From an uncultured Gammaproteobacteria bacterium (GTDB taxonomy: Bacteria > Pseudomonadota > Gammaproteobacteria > SZUA-229), in NCBI GenBank assembly GCA_913065105.1, contig CAJXZZ010000002.1, positions 16,469 to 80,468 of the forward strand: DNA of 64,000 nucleotides, in the 5' to 3' direction. The position numbers were made by a program, and so were the translations under genes. The notes under the pieces were generated by a model that did no database searches, had not been told where the DNA came from, and saw only the letters and a program-made list of their open reading frames with translations. Of the stretch, positions 59,759-64,000 are shown piece by piece. The first letter of the stretch is position 1; every line of letters starts with the position of its first letter.

Positions 59759-61516
59759 TTATTCAACAAAGATTTCATCATGAACCGACCGCCAGACCGA
59801 CTCACCAAAAACTGATTGGATAATGAGCGGCAGTGCGATTGAACCTTGTGATAATAATTTATCGTGAAACACTTTTAATTTCGCATTATCAATCGGTGCT
59901 TTATCCTGAAGAAGCTTATCCCTGGTCTTTAATATAATTTCACGGCCGATGGCATAACACAATGGTGTCGCAGCCGCACTGCAGTACCAGCTTATCTCTG
60001 CCTGCGCCTGCGACAGATCAAAGCCCAGTTTATCCACCAGCAGATCAGCCGCTTGATCAAAGGCAAATTGTCCGGTATGAATTTTTACATCAATAATAAT
60101 TCTCAGCGCACGCCATAAACGATCACGCAAGATAATAAATTCATGCTCTTTTTTATTATATAAACCCTGTTCAAAAACCAGCTGCTCACAATATAAAGCC
60201 CAGCCTTCATACATACTGGCTGAAGCATTAAGCTGGCGCGTAACATTGTTTGCAGTATGTTGGTTGGCGATAACAAACTGTAAATGATGACCGGGAAAAG
60301 CTTCATGCGCTGAAGTTAGATCGATACTGAACTGGTTATGCTCTGCCAATAAAACATCATCATTCACCGTAGTGACATAATACAGACCACGCTGTTCATC
60401 ATCCAGAGGCATAGGCGGTTCATAAGCGGCGAAGGGAATAATATCGCGCATAAACACAGGTGTTGGTTGCACCTTAAGTGACAGTTTCTCAGGCAGGGTG
60501 ACGATATCTGCCTTGAGCAGCCACTCATGTGCCGCCTGCATTTTTTTGCGGTAGCTATCAAGCAACTGAGATGCGTCCGGATGTTGCGCCCTAACTTTTG
60601 CTAATGCCTTGCTGATATCCTCGTCACCACAGATTTTTTTGCTCTGTTGCAGCAGTGCTTCTTCTGTGTCTGCCGCCAGACGCTCACCATAACTCAGAAT
60701 TTTTTGCGCGTCGGTCGCTAAAAAATGTTTCTCGTTCAATAGACGATTGAATCGATAATGACCTGACGCAAACTTTCCCTGCGCCGAAGCGATAACATCC
60801 GTTTCCAGATATTTTGAAAAATCAGCAAGTGCTGTAGCGGCGGCATCAAATAAAGGCTGCAATCTTGCCGGGTTAGTAAATTTCGCATTGATTAATGGAT
60901 GATGCGCCAGTTCGCGTATAAATGTTGAACCTGAAGCAGCGATATCTCTTGCCGTCGACGCCCATTCTGGTACCACACGTTCAGGGTATCGTGACAACAT
61001 TACTTTAGCGCCACGCAGATAATCCGGGATGATTTCAAGCCGGTGCTTTATCGCCTGTTGGACATTTTTACCCGGGTGGATCAACAACTGGTAAACGGCA
61101 TTGACCGGCACATACTCAAGCGGGTTACGGTAACGCCAGTCATTTTCTTCCAGGTCATGCAACTCTATCGAAATCGCGCCTTTGATAATTCGATAATCAA
61201 GCCGCCTGCCTTCATCCAGCTCGGTTAGATTCAACTCATCAAGTGCTGACAGCATCATCTGATTCAGTGCGATCAGCGCACCTATATCATCATGTTCATA
61301 ACTCTTAAGCAGATCGGCATAGTCACTGACACCGACATCAACGGCGTCTTCCGGATGATAACGAAACCAGGAGTGGTAATACTGCTCGCATAAATCATCA
61401 AATTGTTTATCCGCCAAACTAAGCGGCACCTGGGCATTGATACGATCGTTTGTGTTAGCGTTTACATCTGTGTCAGTGGCTAAAACATCTTCTGACGGGA
61501 ACATTGTAGTATTCAA
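59759..61516 (-). CDS. DUF885-family protein (putative gluzincin-like metallopeptidase fold)
   Basis: 585 aa with a HEAFPGHHLQ motif typical of DUF885. Confidence 0.65.
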   Translation of the reverse strand: MNTTMFPSEDVLATDTDVNANTNDRINAQVPLSLADKQFDDLCEQYYHSWFRYHPEDAVDVGVSDYADLLKSYEHDDIGALIALNQMMLSALDELNLTELDEGRRLDYRIIKGAISIELHDLEENDWRYRNPLEYVPVNAVYQLLIHPGKNVQQAIKHRLEIIPDYLRGAKVMLSRYPERVVPEWASTARDIAASGSTFIRELAHHPLINAKFTNPARLQPLFDAAATALADFSKYLETDVIASAQGKFASGHYRFNRLLNEKHFLATDAQKILSYGERLAADTEEALLQQSKKICGDEDISKALAKVRAQHPDASQLLDSYRKKMQAAHEWLLKADIVTLPEKLSLKVQPTPVFMRDIIPFAAYEPPMPLDDEQRGLYYVTTVNDDVLLAEHNQFSIDLTSAHEAFPGHHLQFVIANQHTANNVTRQLNASASMYEGWALYCEQLVFEQGLYNKKEHEFIILRDRLWRALRIIIDVKIHTGQFAFDQAADLLVDKLGFDLSQAQAEISWYCSAAATPLCYAIGREIILKTRDKLLQDKAPIDNAKLKVFHDKLLSQGSIALPLIIQSVFGESVWRSVHDEIFVE

Positions 61517-61518
61517 TT

Positions 61519-61938
61519 TTAATCTTCTTCTATAATTTCAAAATCGTGGGTAACGTCGACACTCTGCGCCAACATGATGGAGACCGAGCAATATTTTTCA
61601 GCGGTCATATCAACTGCACGCGCTACTTTTTTCTCATCAAGCGATTTACCTTTGACCACAAAATGCACGTGAATTTTGGTAAATACTTTAGGTGCATTTT
61701 CTGCGCGTTCTGCCGATAGTTCAACCTGGCAATCGGTAATGGACTGACGTTGGCGCTGCAAAATCAATACCACATCAAAGGCAGTACATCCCCCCATCCC
61801 TAATAACACCATCTCCATCGGCCTGACGCCGAGGTTTCTACCGCCACTTTCTGGCGGCCCATCCATCACGATAGAATGTCCGCTTTCGGACTCTCCTACA
61901 AAAGACATATTGTCTAACCATTTCACTACTGCTTTCAT
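61519..61938 (-). CDS. OsmC/Ohr-family peroxiredoxin-like protein
   Basis: OsmC fold with paired Cys (GGCTAFD). Confidence 0.8.
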   Translation of the reverse strand: MKAVVKWLDNMSFVGESESGHSIVMDGPPESGGRNLGVRPMEMVLLGMGGCTAFDVVLILQRQRQSITDCQVELSAERAENAPKVFTKIHVHFVVKGKSLDEKKVARAVDMTAEKYCSVSIMLAQSVDVTHDFEIIEED

Positions 61939-62077
61939 GATAAACCCTTAAATTAGATCGTCTTATAAACACGATTTGGTCGGTGTTCTTAAACGATTAC
62001 TTTAGTAATCCAAAATTGTTGTGTAGTATTCAGCGTAATGCCTTATATCAATGACTTGAAACACTGTCGAGAAAACA

Positions 62078-62728
62078 ATGAGCATCGTTAGAGAAATACC
62101 AACACTAAACCCTTCGCTAGAACGTCTTTTAAAATTTTCTCACCGAAAACCCTATAATGCAAAAAAAATCATTATCCATGAAGGTGATGTTTCAAGCAGC
62201 CTGTACTATATCATTGAGGGCTCAGTAAGCGTACTTGCCGAGGGTGAAAATGGCGAAGAAATTATTCTGGCACAGCTAAATCGAGGTGATTTTTTCGGCG
62301 AAGCTGGATTATTTGAATTGGATAGCAGTGATGAAGGCAAACGTAGCGCACGTGTTTTCTCACGCACAGATTGCATCATCGCTGAAATCAGCTATTCACA
62401 ATTTAAGCAGATCGTCAGTGAAGATCCGGCCGTCATGTTCCTGTTGACCAGTCAGATCTTTAATCGCCTAAAAAAAACCAGCATGAAAGTTCGTGATTTG
62501 ATTTTTTTAGATGTTAAAGGCCGTATCGCACACTGCTTGCTCGAGCTTAGCAGTGAACCCGACGCCATGACCCATCCTGAAGGTATGCAGATAAAAATAA
62601 CCCGTCAGGACATAGCAAAGATGGTTGGCTGTTCTCGTGAAATGGCCGGGCGGGTATTAAAAGAACTGGCAGATGAAGGCCTGATTACTGCACACGGAAA
62701 AACGATTGTTGTTTTTGGTACGCGCTGA
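62078..62728 (+). CDS. crp: cAMP receptor protein (Crp/Vfr)
   Basis: cNMP-binding domain. The HTH RQDIAKMVGCSREMAGRVLKELADEGLI matches E. coli CRP [28 protein letters not shown]. Confidence 0.9.
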   Translation: MSIVREIPTLNPSLERLLKFSHRKPYNAKKIIIHEGDVSSSLYYIIEGSVSVLAEGENGEEIILAQLNRGDFFGEAGLFELDSSDEGKRSARVFSRTDCIIAEISYSQFKQIVSEDPAVMFLLTSQIFNRLKKTSMKVRDLIFLDVKGRIAHCLLELSSEPDAMTHPEGMQIKITRQDIAKMVGCSREMAGRVLKELADEGLITAHGKTIVVFGTR

Positions 62729-62805
62729 TACAGAATAGAATTTGAACTGCCCACTAAAACCAGATAAAGCTTTTTTCTCTTCGTCTCTGCGGCAATATTT
62801 AAAAA

Positions 62806-63609
62806 TTACCTAAAAAACAGTTCCGCTAATTTTTCACCCGGATCCTCTGCCCGCATAAATGCCTCTCCCACCAGGAAAGCATTAACGCCATTATCGCGCA
62901 TCAGCTGCACATCTTCATTAGTGTGGATACCTGATTCGGTCACAAGGATATGATCCTCATCCACCATATCAAGCATGCCGAGCGTGGTATCCAGTGAGGT
63001 ATCAAACGTTCGTAGATTTCGATTATTAATACCGATCAGACGCGCACCGGTCGTTAACGCTCTTCTCATTTCCTGTTTATCATGCACTTCCATTAATACG
63101 TCCATTTTCAGTTCATGGGCGAGATGAAATAATGCATGTAATGTTTCATCATCAAGTGCCGATACGATTAACAGAATGCAATCTGCATTGATCGCACGTG
63201 CTTCATAAACCTGGTAAGCATCAATAATAAAATCTTTACGAATAACCGGCAGATCACAGGCAGCCCTTGCCTGCTGCAAATAGTCTTCATGTCCCTGAAA
63301 ATAATCTTTGTCCGTCAGTATGGATAAACACGCCGCGCCATGAGCCGCATAACTTTTTGCTATTTCTGCTGGTTCAAAATTTTCTCGTAATAAACCTTTA
63401 CTCGGCGACGCTTTTTTAATTTCTGCGATGACGGCTGGTTGATTATTATTGATTTTGTTTTCTATTGATCGAATAAAACCACGCACACTATCCGCACTGA
63501 CGCATTGTTCCCTTAAGGCATCAATTGAAGTAGTAAGCGAACGCTCAGCAATTTCTTCACGCTTTCTATTCAGAATTTTTATTAAAATGTCAGGGGTATT
63601 ACTGCTCAT
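62806..63609 (-). CDS. trpC: indole-3-glycerol phosphate synthase
   Basis: TIM-barrel IGPS motifs (LIGINNRNL). Confidence 0.95.
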   Translation of the reverse strand: MSSNTPDILIKILNRKREEIAERSLTTSIDALREQCVSADSVRGFIRSIENKINNNQPAVIAEIKKASPSKGLLRENFEPAEIAKSYAAHGAACLSILTDKDYFQGHEDYLQQARAACDLPVIRKDFIIDAYQVYEARAINADCILLIVSALDDETLHALFHLAHELKMDVLMEVHDKQEMRRALTTGARLIGINNRNLRTFDTSLDTTLGMLDMVDEDHILVTESGIHTNEDVQLMRDNGVNAFLVGEAFMRAEDPGEKLAELFFR

Positions 63610-63635
63610 CGTACTATCACAAATTATTTTCAGGT

Positions 63636-64000
63636 TTACTTGTAGCTATTGGTTTTAGTTATCAACTGCTCTAGTTTTTCGTTGACCGAACCACTGGCGA
63701 TCACTTCCTGCGCCTGTTTAATACCTAGTGCTAATGATGATGCCAGCCCTGCCGCATAAATTGCCGCACCGGCGTTCAAACACACGATATCCTTCGCTGG
63801 CCCATCCGTATTGTTAAACACGGCTTTTATAATCTCCAGACTATGCGCCGAATCTGTAGCACGTATCTGCTGCAGATCGGCACGTGACATAGCGAAATCC
63901 TCAGGTTTGATCGTATAGTTAGTTACTTCACCGTCTTTCAATTCTGCAACAAAGGTTGGACTGGCTATACTGATCTCGTCCATGCCATCCTCGGCATGAA
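63636..64000 (-). CDS. trpD: anthranilate phosphoribosyltransferase, C-terminal part; the gene continues beyond the window end
   Basis: TrpD C-terminal domain similarity. The open frame runs off the window. Confidence 0.9.
   Translation of the reverse strand, partial: HAEDGMDEISIASPTFVAELKDGEVTNYTIKPEDFAMSRADLQQIRATDSAHSLEIIKAVFNNTDGPAKDIVCLNAGAAIYAAGLASSLALGIKQAQEVIASGSVNEKLEQLITKTNSYK

Noticed and set aside
1-64000. CRISPR arrays, tRNA/rRNA genes, transposases, integrases and phage genes
   Set aside because: None recognised. The only tandem or inverted repeats are the short elements reported above. No cloverleaf-like tRNA signatures such as GGTTCGAATCC were seen.

Overview
This is a 64 kb window from an AT-rich Gram-negative proteobacterial chromosome, probably a gammaproteobacterium. 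It is almost entirely core housekeeping genes and carries no CRISPR array, tRNA, rRNA, transposase or integrase. The gene order mixes E. coli-like synteny (gcvT-H-P / ubiI-ubiH-pepP-ygfB / zapA-ssrS-ygfA) with Pseudomonas-like synteny (coq7 ... osmC / crp(vfr) / trpC-trpD).

Main blocks, left to right:
- lptA(partial)-lptB-rpoN-hpf-ptsN-hprK-rapZ, followed by EIIA(Man)-HPr-EI. This forms a complete regulatory nitrogen-PTS with HprK and no sugar permeases.
- mgtE, a Bax-like glucosaminidase, and argG.
- Pyruvate dehydrogenase aceE-aceF-lpd, where lpd carries an extra N-terminal lipoyl domain. It is immediately followed by a class III adenylate cyclase fused to an FHA domain.
- lexA followed by a catalytically intact Y-family polymerase, an orphan HigA-like HTH gene with tandem palindromic operators, and a Nudix hydrolase.
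- A cell-wall and lipoate block: lipA-lipB-ybeD-dat-dacA-rlpA-mltB-rodA-mrdA.
- An adenylate kinase with a roughly 155 aa lysine/alanine-rich histone-H1-like tail.
- Thioredoxin, a di-haem cytochrome c peroxidase, an OMP, an ABC exporter, cbbY-like HAD and tauE.
- A GGDEF protein and a split glycine cleavage system (gcvT-H-PA-PB).
- ubiI, ubiH, pepP, ygfB, zapA, 6S RNA (ssrS) and ygfA.
- ilvA, rpiA, a porin, rpsI-rplM, coq7, a DUF885 protein, osmC, crp, trpC and trpD(partial).

Non-coding observations worth follow-up:
- A 163 bp MITE-like element with 34 bp terminal inverted repeats built from a GTTGGCAG motif, and a tandem copy of the same motif after lexA.
- A GGA-rich, terminator-ended candidate Csr/Rsm-type sRNA downstream of rpiA.
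- A perfect 21 bp hairpin between the divergent argG and aceE genes.
- A GAAC-N7-GAAC direct repeat abutting the lexA start.
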